A stretch of 64,000 bases of DNA from a virus: IMG/VR virus record IMGVR_UViG_3300009826_001457, positions 10,654-74,653 of that record. One strand, 5' to 3'. Position 1 is the stretch's first letter. Every line of letters starts with the position of its first letter. A program made the position numbers and the translations under genes. Below, piece by piece: positions 21,101-30,906 of the stretch. Under the pieces are notes generated by a model. That model was given only the letters and a program-made list of their open reading frames with translations. It had not been told where the DNA came from and did not search any database.

Positions 21101-22111
21101 TTAATCGTTATTCACTCGACATATTCCATTCGCCATATTTATGAGCAACCCGCCGATATGTGCTACATCACTATCCCGCACAACCTCATGCCAATAAGCT
21201 GGTGAATTAATAATCCCGGCACCTACCATTATATCTATGGCTTCCTCCGGGGTAGTTGCTTTTCTATGATTATGGTTAGTGCATCCGCCGTGAACAGCTA
21301 CGGCCGCCATAAGTTCATTCAACCATCGAATTGAAGTGACATTGCGCCAAAATCCTGGGGAATTGATTATGCCCATATCTACCATTGCCTGGATATTTGC
21401 GTCATCAATAGGGAATCTGCTCACAGGAGCAGAAACTCCTTCATTACTAACTACCGTGTTTCCGCTCGTATTGCTATCTAGCGTTAAAAGTCTATGTACG
21501 TCTGCCCTAAAGGTGCCCATGCTCTTTCCATGTCGCGGGAACCAATGCCCCACATCTGCATGGTTAGAAGCTACGCCGCGTCTGCGGCCTTCTGCATGGT
21601 CTATCAGTACTCCGTCAGCCAGTGGATTGAGTTTAAACATTCTGCATAGATGAACACATAGCTCCACAGCTTCTTTGTAAACCAAGTCAAAGTATGCCCT
21701 ATCCGTTAACCCATCTTCACAAATCTCAAAACCAATATGTGAATCATTTGCGGAACCGCCACTATGCCATCCCCTCATATCCCATGGAAGCGTTTGATAT
21801 GTTGCAATCGAACCATTTGCAAGCTTACCTATAAATGCGTGTACGCATACTTGGCGGCCATTGCAGACTGTACAGCGACCGCTACCATTATTCCTCCATG
21901 CATGTGGCCCCATTGCTCGACCTTCAGGATGAAAGTTGTTCCAGTGGTTGTTGTTTGGGTTATGACCCAAATGGCCGTCATCAGGCCCCACATAACGGCG
22001 CAGATTTGGATTGTTAGCGCCGGTGGAATGTACCATTATGCCTCTTACATTTATTGTCCTTCCCGCTATAAAGCAGGCGTTGTTCCTTAACCATAATTGC
22101 TTTAAATTCAT
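21101..22111 (-). CDS. Endolysin, N-acetylmuramoyl-L-alanine amidase (Amidase_2)
   Basis: GIMVHSTGANN...VHAFIG...QTLPWDMRGWHSGGSANDSHIGFEICED...NHADVGHWF. Two C-terminal (M)GIINSPxxW repeats. Confidence 0.9.
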   Translation of the reverse strand: MNLKQLWLRNNACFIAGRTINVRGIMVHSTGANNPNLRRYVGPDDGHLGHNPNNNHWNNFHPEGRAMGPHAWRNNGSGRCTVCNGRQVCVHAFIGKLANGSIATYQTLPWDMRGWHSGGSANDSHIGFEICEDGLTDRAYFDLVYKEAVELCVHLCRMFKLNPLADGVLIDHAEGRRRGVASNHADVGHWFPRHGKSMGTFRADVHRLLTLDSNTSGNTVVSNEGVSAPVSRFPIDDANIQAMVDMGIINSPGFWRNVTSIRWLNELMAAVAVHGGCTNHNHRKATTPEEAIDIMVGAGIINSPAYWHEVVRDSDVAHIGGLLINMANGICRVNND

Positions 22112-22127
22112 TAAAACCCCCTTGCTC

Positions 22128-22418
22128 TTATTCGCTTGGGACTATGGAGCGGGGATTTGCCATCTGCCGGCATAGTCTTTGTAATATTCTTATCAAATCA
22201 GTACCATCCTTAATATCAATCTCTATATACAGCTCTTCTTCGCCGAAGCTGTTGTCTTTTATTGATAATTTAATATGTTGTCCGATAACTTTTTCGCCAT
22301 CATTCAAGTCATGAACATCCACAATAGTTAGTTTTAGCTGTTTTTCGTTATCTAAGTTAAAGGTGGCGGTTTCTATTACCGATTGGCCAAGGCCCCTTAC
22401 ATAATCAATATTTAACAT
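22128..22418 (-). CDS. Hypothetical phage protein
   Basis: 96-aa ORF with SD, in the operon. Confidence 0.65.
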   Translation of the reverse strand: MLNIDYVRGLGQSVIETATFNLDNEKQLKLTIVDVHDLNDGEKVIGQHIKLSIKDNSFGEEELYIEIDIKDGTDLIRILQRLCRQMANPRSIVPSE

Positions 22419-22430
22419 CTAGCCACCACC

Positions 22431-22973
22431 TTAATTCTTCCTAACCACTGCGCGGGTAATTTCATATCTATAGAAACCAATTCGGTTAATTGCGGCTTCG
22501 TTATCAAGAGCATCCATCTTTCTGCGAATAACATCTATAGTCGCAGCTTCAGTTAAGCTAACCAAGGTACCGTCAGATAAAAAGGCTCTGAAGGTATACA
22601 GAGGATTGCGCGCGCTATTGGAATAAATCAAATCATCCAAGAGGTAATCAATATGTAAACCGGTAATATATTTTCTGGCTTTATGTGATGTATCAATGTC
22701 CAGGGCATCACAGGCAAGACGGATAATGCTCCGGCCAGTCGGCAAAGTTACATATGAAAACTTACCGACATTCTCTGCCATATCTAAGCCCGTATCGGCT
22801 ACTTGCTCCATCTCAACGCCTCTAAAGCTAACGCTTACATCGTTCTCTTCAAGATTGATGTTTGCGGGAACACCATGTTCAAGGTGTCCGATTTCAATAA
22901 TATTGTTTACGTCTCCCCTAAGTAATCTCAAAAAATGTTTAGGGGATGCAAAGAAACTTGCGTTGTTTCTCAT
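22431..22973 (-). CDS. Hypothetical phage protein
   Basis: 180-aa ORF with SD GGAGG, in the operon. Confidence 0.7.
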   Translation of the reverse strand: MRNNASFFASPKHFLRLLRGDVNNIIEIGHLEHGVPANINLEENDVSVSFRGVEMEQVADTGLDMAENVGKFSYVTLPTGRSIIRLACDALDIDTSHKARKYITGLHIDYLLDDLIYSNSARNPLYTFRAFLSDGTLVSLTEAATIDVIRRKMDALDNEAAINRIGFYRYEITRAVVRKN

Positions 22974-22988
22974 ATCGGCATTCCTCCA

Positions 22989-23354
22989 TTAAATATGTAT
23001 CGTGGTCTCTGCGCTAAAGTCATCAAACATAGTTGTCTTGGAAGCTATGTAGTCTGTAATGCGCTCCTTCGTCTGTACATACCAAGCCAGGGCAACATCC
23101 CTGGCAAGCTCGCCAAACGCGACTGGGGAGAATCTTTGACTAACAGGGTTTGCAGGCAACTCGCTGATCCGAATGCGCCTTGAAGGAATCCTTGCGAGTA
23201 CATCTTCGTTCGTGTCTAAAATCTCGCCGCCAATTTCAATGGCTTCTTCTCCGAAGCGTCTTACGTTTTCTAAATAGTCGCCATTTTCAATATCATCCAT
23301 GGTGATATCAATAACAAAAACGCTACGGTCAATGGAACGGACTATTGTTATCAC
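22989..23354 (-). CDS. Hypothetical phage protein
   Basis: 121-aa ORF, GTGA overlap with the upstream gene. Confidence 0.7.
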   Translation of the reverse strand: MITIVRSIDRSVFVIDITMDDIENGDYLENVRRFGEEAIEIGGEILDTNEDVLARIPSRRIRISELPANPVSQRFSPVAFGELARDVALAWYVQTKERITDYIASKTTMFDDFSAETTIHI

Positions 23355-23851
23355 TGCATTCCCTCCTTTAAGCTGTCTAAGTTATTAACAGCGAAATAGC
23401 CAAGGGCAACCGCATCGGCCATATCCTCGGTAATACCCTCCAGACCAAACTTTTCATTGACGAAGGATATTGTGTTAGCTTTTTGCTCCGCTCTCTTTCT
23501 TCCTTTAATACCGCAGAATGATTTCCAACGTGTAGGCGGAACAACGAGATATGGCTTATTTATTTCTTGAAACAGGCAGAGCAGTACACCCATTAACATA
23601 GCTAATTTTTTATATGTCTTTACGTTTTGCTTTTGTTGTTGGACATCCTCTATCACCACATAATCTGCCTTAGTGCTATCAATAAAACGCCTTACCTTTT
23701 CCTTTGCACAGAATAAAATATCCTCGTATATATCATCCCTTCTTCCGAGCGTGATTGCACCGTGGCCAACTAATACACCTTCATCATATATTGCGTAGCC
23801 AGTTGTTTTCGCTTGGTCTATAGCCAGGATTCTTATAATCATCAACTCCAT
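23351..23851 (-). CDS. RuvC-like Holliday junction resolvase
   Basis: RILAIDQAKTTGYAIY...DYVVIEDVQ...VPPTRWKSFCGIKG...EDMADAVALG. Confidence 0.85.
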   Translation of the reverse strand: MELMIIRILAIDQAKTTGYAIYDEGVLVGHGAITLGRRDDIYEDILFCAKEKVRRFIDSTKADYVVIEDVQQQKQNVKTYKKLAMLMGVLLCLFQEINKPYLVVPPTRWKSFCGIKGRKRAEQKANTISFVNEKFGLEGITEDMADAVALGYFAVNNLDSLKEGMQ

Positions 23852-23916
23852 GTTGCAAAAAAAGTAGGGTACAATTGGACTTCTGCGTACCCTACTTATC
23901 TTTTATTTGTCTCTAA

Positions 23917-24366
23917 TTATTTTTTATCTTTGCGTTGGCCGCCTTTCTTATTGCCCTGCACACCCGCGTCTGATAAATGAATGTACTCAACCTGCTCTAC
24001 TTTCACAGCTTGGCCTTCATCAATCTCACTGTTGATTTTATCAATGGTTTCGCCAAGCCCAAGAGTATTAAGGTCTTCAGTGTAATCCTTTAGCTCTTCT
24101 TTGGCAGCAGCAATAACCTCGTCCGTAGGTGTTGCTATAAGCGCTTGCACTTCCGCTTCGGTCATATCGGTACGCTCCGGCAGAAGATTTACTTCTTTAT
24201 TTACCGCTCGTGCTGCTGCAACTTGGTTTATATATTCGTTATAACATTCAGGGCTACATGCAACTGCCCTCCACGCTAATTTATGCGTGCAATACCCACA
24301 GGCATAAAATGCTTTGCGGCAGTTAATATTTTTACATAAGCTGTTAGGCTTCTTAGTCCTAATAAT
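23917..24366 (-). CDS. Cys-rich (zinc-binding) hypothetical protein
   Basis: The track ORF extends in frame by 67 codons to ATT after GAGGAGGT: IIRTKKPNSLCKNINCRKAFYACGYC...VACSPECY. Confidence 0.7.
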   Translation of the reverse strand: MIRTKKPNSLCKNINCRKAFYACGYCTHKLAWRAVACSPECYNEYINQVAAARAVNKEVNLLPERTDMTEAEVQALIATPTDEVIAAAKEELKDYTEDLNTLGLGETIDKINSEIDEGQAVKVEQVEYIHLSDAGVQGNKKGGQRKDKK

Positions 24367-24447
24367 CGCTACCTCCTCTTCCGATTAAAAGGAGAGAGAC
24401 AACGAAAGCCATCTCTCACCTCATAAATCTTATAAATCACTATGCGA

Positions 24448-25257
24448 TTATTCAGCTTGGGGAAATACCCAGTAGAAATACTCGCTTTCGCCGGCGCAGA
24501 TGGAAGCGGTAGCCTCTGCGCTAAACGCTTGAACAGCCATATCTGTACCAAAGGTGAATGAGAAGTTATCGCTGATGGTTACGCGGGGCATTACGAGCTT
24601 AGAATGTTGCACGGTGCCGTCACAAACGTCTTTAACCATGATGTCACACACCAAGTAAACATCACCGGCGTAGGAATCGGAGCGGTTTGTGTATCTGCGG
24701 CCCATTGTCAGGTAATCGTAGAAAACGATAACAAAGTCACCTTCGCTAAATGCGCCTGTAGGTAATGTAATCTGGCGGGTAGCGGGGTCATAAGCAAACT
24801 CGGTTGCACTTGCGGCCGCGGCTTGCGGGAATTTTTCGCCCTGGCTACCGTCTCGGTTAGCCCTATAAATCCATGTGAGTTCATTACCCGCTGCGCCGGT
24901 TGCGGCAAAAGCGGTCTCAACTGTAGTCGCGCCAGTGCCAACCTGGATGCGCTCGAAAGCGGGGATGCTGATAGTGGCTGTTGATAAATCGGTTACGGGT
25001 GAATGGTCGCCAATGGTTTGTGCCAACAAGCCGCCAACGATAAAACCGTTGTTTGCGGAGATAGAACATGTCTTGTTGCGTTTTAGTGCGGACAAGCGCC
25101 GACCTTCGCGACCGGTGGCCCATACGAGTTCGGCATCACCCTCCAGGGTTGCGTCTTGGATTTCGTCAAGAATAAATAGACATTCTCTCGTAGCAAGGTC
25201 AAAGCCAACGATGCTGTCTATGCTGGAGATGCTATACTTATCAAAATCTAAAGCCAA
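24448..25257 (-). CDS. Major tail (tube) protein
   Basis: Position after the head-tail genes; beta-rich tail tube style with a central Ig-like insert (YDPATRQITLPTG); TTG start with SD AAGGAGG. Confidence 0.75.
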   Translation of the reverse strand: MALDFDKYSISSIDSIVGFDLATRECLFILDEIQDATLEGDAELVWATGREGRRLSALKRNKTCSISANNGFIVGGLLAQTIGDHSPVTDLSTATISIPAFERIQVGTGATTVETAFAATGAAGNELTWIYRANRDGSQGEKFPQAAAASATEFAYDPATRQITLPTGAFSEGDFVIVFYDYLTMGRRYTNRSDSYAGDVYLVCDIMVKDVCDGTVQHSKLVMPRVTISDNFSFTFGTDMAVQAFSAEATASICAGESEYFYWVFPQAE

Positions 25258-25485
25258 TTTAATTCCTCCTTGATATGTAAAATAAAATAGCCACTATGCT
25301 TTGCATAGCGGCTTATTGTGTAACAAATAATTTTATCCGTTGTGTGTTAGATATAAAAGGAATCCGTCTGATTAATATGTACTCTTGCTTAACACGCAAG
25401 CAGCCGCATCGTTATAACGATACGGCTGAAATAATCAAACATAGTACATTTCATTACTATAGGATATTCAGTTGTAGGCAAAAGC

Positions 25486-26316
25486 TTATACAGCAACATG
25501 TGCTTCTTTTTGAAGCTCAACAACAGTAGGTTCATCCAATCCTGTATCTTCTTTTACAGCTTCTATGGAAATACCACGCCTCAATAATTTCTTGGCTATG
25601 TCGATAGCACCCTCTTTAATAGCATCTTGGCGAATCAGTTCAGTGAGAGCAGACATACTAATCATCTCCTTCAATTTTTGCATCATTATCGGGTCTTTAA
25701 CAAATTTATCCGCCAATAGATGAAGCATTGCCTGAATTTGCAATTGTTCATCATCAACAGGTATTTCTTTCGACAGTGAAATGGACCTCTCAAATCTAGT
25801 GACCCTATCCACATCGCTCATCATCATCGGAAGAAAAACTATAGACATCAAATCTTGTTTTGTTAAAGGCTTGCCCGTTGCAATCTTTGAGCGGATAGCC
25901 TCATAGGTTGTGTCCCCATCCAATGTGGACATATAAAAGGCATCTACACTGTATTGGATAGCACCTGCGTCTAGCACCGTTATTGTGTCCTTTATATCTG
26001 CTGTATAAACAATAATGGTGCGTATAGGTTTTTGGACACTATAGTACAGTATTGCATCCGAAACCATGAAGCGGCTCAAATCCCTTGGGTCATAGTCCGA
26101 TTGGAACTCGAAATGGATGAATGAATTATCATCTGCTTCCAGTATCCAATCATCAATATTCTTTTGTATATGAATATGCGTTAGCTCTGTTCTTGCCGCA
26201 GCAGCTATAGTCGTGGCGGATACAATCTGTTTATTAATTCCGAAAAACTTGACTGCATCACCTTTGAAGAGTTCCATGACTGCTTTCATTATGATGTCTT
26301 CAACTGGTTGTGACAA
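25486..26316 (-). CDS. Rpn/YhgA-like PD-(D/E)XK protein
   Basis: IDDWILEADDNSFIHFEFQS nuclease-like motif; C-terminal IAKKLLRRGISIEAVKEDTGL typical of Rpn tails. Confidence 0.75.
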   Translation of the reverse strand: MSQPVEDIIMKAVMELFKGDAVKFFGINKQIVSATTIAAAARTELTHIHIQKNIDDWILEADDNSFIHFEFQSDYDPRDLSRFMVSDAILYYSVQKPIRTIIVYTADIKDTITVLDAGAIQYSVDAFYMSTLDGDTTYEAIRSKIATGKPLTKQDLMSIVFLPMMMSDVDRVTRFERSISLSKEIPVDDEQLQIQAMLHLLADKFVKDPIMMQKLKEMISMSALTELIRQDAIKEGAIDIAKKLLRRGISIEAVKEDTGLDEPTVVELQKEAHVAV

Positions 26317-26348
26317 ACATGCGCCTCCTCATATTGCCTGATAACGCT

Positions 26349-26377
26349 ATTATGCCTGATTTATGAACTATGTTCAA
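26349..26377 (-). promoter_or_regulatory. Putative sigma-A promoter of the Rpn-like gene
   Basis: TTGAAC-17 nt-CATAAT on the minus strand. Confidence 0.55.
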
Positions 26378-26397
26378 GTCCATGAGCAGGGAGCAGG

Positions 26398-27135
26398 TTA
26401 ACCTAACCAATTTAACTCCTCTTTATTAACTTGCTTCAAATCAACAGTCCCGGCGTAAGCGCCGGCCATTGTCTGAGCGTAGTGCAAGAATCTTTGCACT
26501 CTATTAACACTATCGTTGAAAATAGGAATAGGTAAGTCCCACACGGTACTATAATCGTACTTGAATCCTGGTTGATTCACCATGCTTGATATAAGCGGCT
26601 TCAGCATAGATTTGTACGGTTTTTTCTTTTGTCTTGCTATACGCTTGCGTTCACGGTCAATTAAATATTTCTTTGTATGTTCGTCTGCCGGGATTTCAAC
26701 TACCTTTTCAAAACCATGTATCTTTCTTAGATATTCCGATAGCTGAAAATATATAGCCCTGTCAATTATAACTTGGGGCTCACCGTTTACATCCGTGCAT
26801 AAAACAATCTCATCTGTTTCATTATTCTTACCCAATATAAGCTTAGATAAATCCAAATCCCCAAGCAGCGGGGCCGTCATCTCATGGGTTAAGCTCTGGC
26901 TCATCATGGCGAAGAAGTCAAAATCACTAAGGGTCGTATAATCAATACCCATATCCCATAGGGCTACCTTATATGCTGATGGATTGCATGTCAAACCGGT
27001 GACCATGCCATAGTATTCTTGCTCTCCAAACTCGCATATGTCGCCCAAGGTCGGGTGCCGTACTTTGATATTGTCGGTGATTATATAATCCGTTCCCAGA
27101 GATGACTGCCGGAATAGTTTTAGTTCGTCAAACAT
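26398..27135 (-). CDS. Virion morphogenesis protein (SPbeta YomV-like by position)
   Basis: 245-aa ORF between the head-tail genes and the tail tube gene. Confidence 0.6.
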   Translation of the reverse strand: MFDELKLFRQSSLGTDYIITDNIKVRHPTLGDICEFGEQEYYGMVTGLTCNPSAYKVALWDMGIDYTTLSDFDFFAMMSQSLTHEMTAPLLGDLDLSKLILGKNNETDEIVLCTDVNGEPQVIIDRAIYFQLSEYLRKIHGFEKVVEIPADEHTKKYLIDRERKRIARQKKKPYKSMLKPLISSMVNQPGFKYDYSTVWDLPIPIFNDSVNRVQRFLHYAQTMAGAYAGTVDLKQVNKEELNWLG

Positions 27136-27144
27136 ATAAAGCTC

Positions 27145-27639
27145 CTAAAATAGTGCCACAGGCTGCCTCAAGTCGTTACATCTAAAAACGAGTTCACGGT
27201 AAAGGTAATTTACGTTTAACAGAACTTCATTACTTGATAACAACTCAAACTCGCTAAAGCCAAATTTATGCACGCCATGAAACATTCTCGTCAATTCCTC
27301 TGCTATGTAATCAATTCGTGTCGCACTATATTTCTCAGGCATCTGCATCCGGTCTAAGCCAGCCATAACCCATATTGTTGAACGATACCTTGCGTAAGCC
27401 CTGTTATTGCGATTAACCCTATCTATATCCACAGACAGCAGTATGTATGTATCAGCCTTATTCTGCACATTGGGAACCCTCATATAAGGAAATAGGTTCC
27501 TATACATCAGCGTATCCGGCTCCTCCGGTGTCACCTCGGTTTGCTGGCTGTCTATAGCCTCGACAATTGTTGGGTTTTTATATATGTCCGAAAGTAATTC
27601 CATCTTATACTTGCTAATATCTATGATTGTAGAGGCCAC
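27145..27639 (-). CDS. Putative tail terminator/completion protein
   Basis: Synteny; RIDYIAEELTRMF...Y..RELVF pattern resembles tail completion proteins. Confidence 0.55.
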   Translation of the reverse strand: MASTIIDISKYKMELLSDIYKNPTIVEAIDSQQTEVTPEEPDTLMYRNLFPYMRVPNVQNKADTYILLSVDIDRVNRNNRAYARYRSTIWVMAGLDRMQMPEKYSATRIDYIAEELTRMFHGVHKFGFSEFELLSSNEVLLNVNYLYRELVFRCNDLRQPVALF

Positions 27640-28691
27640 TATAAAATACCTCCTATGTTTATTTCTAACTCGGCTTTGAAGTTTCCATATGTGGTATGGC
27701 TACCACTCATTCTTAAAAGAAATACACTGCATATAGGAGCTTGCCTTGATGCTTGCAGCCTTATCTCGTTTCCTTCCTTGTATGAAATTACAATTTGGTT
27801 CTGCAACTCTGGCGGCAGTATTAGCTCCCAATTTACTGGCGAGGTAAAATCAATCGAATTGCCATTGCCATCAAGTAAAACTGCATAGAACGGCTTTGGG
27901 GTGCCGCCTGCTCTAACTACAGGTACATTATTAAATTTTATAGTACATGAACCTTCCACCACATTCGGCGTGGATGGTGCCATACTGGGATCACGATAAT
28001 TAGCAATCATTAATTCCCAGTTATCGTCAATCTCTATCTGCGATTCCCTCAGTGTGAGAACAGTAAACCCTTCATTTCGGGCAGCGTACTTGTTTGTTAT
28101 CGCATCATACTTAATTATTGAATAAGGGATTGGTTCATGGTTCGCCATATCAATCAGGAATCTCCTGTCTACATGGAATAGTTCCGTTTCATCATCATGG
28201 GGCAACTTAATGCTGTACTTCGCATTACCTGTAACAACATGCCGGGCTCTTTCATCAATCGCCAGTGAGTACGGGTCCCGCACCGAACACCAGCGTTCAT
28301 GGACTACGAGGGTATGCGGATTCTGCCAACGTAAGAGATAATTGCATTCCTCTACCATGCCTGTACGCTCCACATCATGTCGGTTATTACTTTCGACACA
28401 TATCCAGTATCCACCATCATACATAAATACATCACCCAATGTAAAAGTGACGGGCTCTGTTAAAGATGCCTGTATATTCATTACCGGAGTCGTACCCGCA
28501 AGAACTCTATACTTATTCATTCGTAAACTAATACGCCCCTTGCCAAACACCTCAACATCTTCCTTGTAGGAGGGGTCATTTGGCAAAAGGCTGTCAACGA
28601 TATATTTGGCGTTATATATCATTTCGTTTCTAGTGGTTGTGCCTTGGGCCGCTTCCCGTAACTGCATTTTTTCGAAGGCAGACATACTCAT
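27639..28691 (-). CDS. Head-tail joining/closure protein
   Basis: Synteny; TFTLGDVFMYDGGYWICV...MEECNYLLRWQN pattern of SPbeta-like neck proteins. Confidence 0.6.
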   Translation of the reverse strand: MSMSAFEKMQLREAAQGTTTRNEMIYNAKYIVDSLLPNDPSYKEDVEVFGKGRISLRMNKYRVLAGTTPVMNIQASLTEPVTFTLGDVFMYDGGYWICVESNNRHDVERTGMVEECNYLLRWQNPHTLVVHERWCSVRDPYSLAIDERARHVVTGNAKYSIKLPHDDETELFHVDRRFLIDMANHEPIPYSIIKYDAITNKYAARNEGFTVLTLRESQIEIDDNWELMIANYRDPSMAPSTPNVVEGSCTIKFNNVPVVRAGGTPKPFYAVLLDGNGNSIDFTSPVNWELILPPELQNQIVISYKEGNEIRLQASRQAPICSVFLLRMSGSHTTYGNFKAELEINIGGIL

Positions 28692-28707
28692 ACCAACAAT
28701 CCTCCTC

Positions 28708-29160
28708 TTAGTCGGTCTGTTGTTTATCTCTCAGTTTCGTAAAAAGCTCTGATTCAATATGTGAATAAACGGAAATCATCTGCCTTGTTTCTCTTTGAAC
28801 CGTAGTGCGCAAATCCATCAAACCTTTTAAATGGTTTGCTGAACTAAAGGCATGATAGTCACGGGAAACCAAGGACTGTCTTAATAGGGATGGTACGTTG
28901 ATATAGTTTGCGCTTAGAAACTCTATGTACATAAAGTTAATCAATATCTCTATTTCTTCATCGGTCAGCTCTATCTCAAATATAGCAAGTGCATCATTGC
29001 GCCTGGATAAATCTTGCCTGCAAGCCCTAAACTTTGTACATGCCGGTCTTATATAACTGAAAAGAATCTCATCAAACTCATCTTCGGTTATATTTGCAAG
29101 ACCAGTGCTGCGCATCCTGTCTATTACTCCATCAAATAACACTTTGTATGGCGTTGCCAT
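28708..29160 (-). CDS. Head-tail adaptor/connector protein
   Basis: MATPYKVLFD...F..ELTDEEIEIL..FM..E pattern; synteny after the capsid gene. Confidence 0.65.
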   Translation of the reverse strand: MATPYKVLFDGVIDRMRSTGLANITEDEFDEILFSYIRPACTKFRACRQDLSRRNDALAIFEIELTDEEIEILINFMYIEFLSANYINVPSLLRQSLVSRDYHAFSSANHLKGLMDLRTTVQRETRQMISVYSHIESELFTKLRDKQQTD

Positions 29161-29173
29161 GCAACCACCACCT

Positions 29174-29821
29174 CTATGTTATATGTGTTTTTAATTCGTG
29201 GTTAAGCATGTTAATTACGTTGATATTAGTAAGTGTATCATCCTTACGGCATCTGCGAGCTTCTGCGATTACCGAATCCCTCATGCCAACATCAAGTAAA
29301 TCCCTTACGGCTTTTCTTATCTGGTCAATTGAGCCATTTTCAAACATCTTGCCGAGCTTTGAAAGGCTGGCTACTTTTCGGTATGTGTCACCAAAATTGA
29401 AATCCTCAACAACACTAGGCTCAAGGATAACTATTAGCGGATCGGTCAGGAACTTGGGCTTATGGTTATTCATGGCTTCTAACTCGCCTAAGGGAACTTT
29501 TTCTATGGCCCCACATTCCTTCCATATCCAACGTGCGCCGTTTATAGGGCTCGTATAAACAAGCTTACCATGGAACAACGACTTGCATGGAATCTTATCT
29601 GTCGCACTGAGCTTGCTTTTTGTTACCCGAACCTCTGTATCTTCGGAGGCTGTGCCGCCTGATATTTCTTTAATATCAGACAGCACCGTTTCAATATCCT
29701 CTTTTACAGGTTCTTCAGCAGGCATAACAACTTCAGTGACAACAACATTTTCAATTGCAGCGGGTGTTACCGCTGCTGCGGCATTCGTTTCTTTATTAGC
29801 GGTTGTCGTTCTCTTTGCCAT
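29174..29821 (-). CDS. Hypothetical head-region protein (YonA-like by position)
   Basis: 215-aa ORF after the major capsid gene. Confidence 0.6.
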   Translation of the reverse strand: MAKRTTTANKETNAAAAVTPAAIENVVVTEVVMPAEEPVKEDIETVLSDIKEISGGTASEDTEVRVTKSKLSATDKIPCKSLFHGKLVYTSPINGARWIWKECGAIEKVPLGELEAMNNHKPKFLTDPLIVILEPSVVEDFNFGDTYRKVASLSKLGKMFENGSIDQIRKAVRDLLDVGMRDSVIAEARRCRKDDTLTNINVINMLNHELKTHIT

Positions 29822-29853
29822 TGCGAATCTCCTTCTTATAAATTTGTATTTAC

Positions 29854-30873
29854 TTAAACGATGGTATACTTACCAAACTTGGAACCGAAAACAGCACCGG
29901 CGCCCATCTTGCGCTGTACTTGCCAAGACAAGGTTTGGTCATGGTTATCATCTTCGGTCTTTTCTTGCGAACGGGTTTCGCCTTCGTCAACGAACTTTAT
30001 AAACTTGTCGTTTTCGGGAATGATTAACAGGGAATCATTGTCAATGGCCCAATCAAAAGTGCCGGGGGTAAAGGATTGCGGAATCTCAACAACAGTGTGT
30101 CCCATCCACTTACCTAAACGGCCAGTCGAATGGATTTCGTTCTTCATTTTTTCAGAGTACTTAACATCGCTTAACTCATTCAAAGGAGCAATAGCCATTT
30201 CAGTACCCATAATGCGAATGTTCTTACCGGAGGCTGTTCTTACCTTCTGGATAAGCTCACGCATTTCGGGGGTTGTTAAAGCAGCGGCAACGCTAAAGGT
30301 TGCAGGAAGATTAACGGCCGCATCATTAAACACAGTGGCAATCAACGTATCTATGTGGCGAACAAAGGCATCGGTCATTCTGGTTAAAAGGGTTTCAACA
30401 TCAATAGCACCGACACGGAACCTTTCAAAGTCGTCATATACATGAGCGAACCACCACTTTGTATCCAGACTAATTTTCCTGCGACCGCTAAGCTTTTCAC
30501 GAGCGGTATCCCATGTGTTACCACTGAATTGGTTTACGGAAATCCATGTGCCGTCTTCGATGATAAATTCGTTTCTATCGCCAAGGGCAAGATTACGGGC
30601 ATCTACCAAGTCACGGTAGAAGGGGTCAGACTTCCAAGCATCATTGATTGTTAGGTCAAGAACTTCTTCAATGATTGCGAAAACTTCCGGGAGGGCCTTC
30701 ATTAAGTCCCTATATTTATATGTACCGTTAGGTCTTGGCTTGGGTAGCATTTCGGTAAACTTAGCACGAAGGGCCTCATTTACTTTTGCGGAGTTATCGG
30801 TAGAATACGCTTGGAACGTGCCATTGCGTAAGTCTACAATCATCTTCGCAATACCTGATATCTCATATTTCAT
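29854..30873 (-). CDS. Major capsid protein
   Basis: 339 aa; EVFAIIEEVLD..I...LVDARNLALGDRNEF...G.LG.W.G..VVEIPQ pattern of SPbeta-like capsid proteins; synteny. Confidence 0.85.
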   Translation of the reverse strand: MKYEISGIAKMIVDLRNGTFQAYSTDNSAKVNEALRAKFTEMLPKPRPNGTYKYRDLMKALPEVFAIIEEVLDLTINDAWKSDPFYRDLVDARNLALGDRNEFIIEDGTWISVNQFSGNTWDTAREKLSGRRKISLDTKWWFAHVYDDFERFRVGAIDVETLLTRMTDAFVRHIDTLIATVFNDAAVNLPATFSVAAALTTPEMRELIQKVRTASGKNIRIMGTEMAIAPLNELSDVKYSEKMKNEIHSTGRLGKWMGHTVVEIPQSFTPGTFDWAIDNDSLLIIPENDKFIKFVDEGETRSQEKTEDDNHDQTLSWQVQRKMGAGAVFGSKFGKYTIV

Positions 30874-30906
30874 GCAAACTGCCTCCTTATCTTATAAATT
30901 GTTTTC

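Noticed and set aside
22128-24366. Programmed -1 frameshift for tail assembly chaperones
   Set aside because: I found no convincing slippery heptamer linking two ORFs in the expected arrangement.
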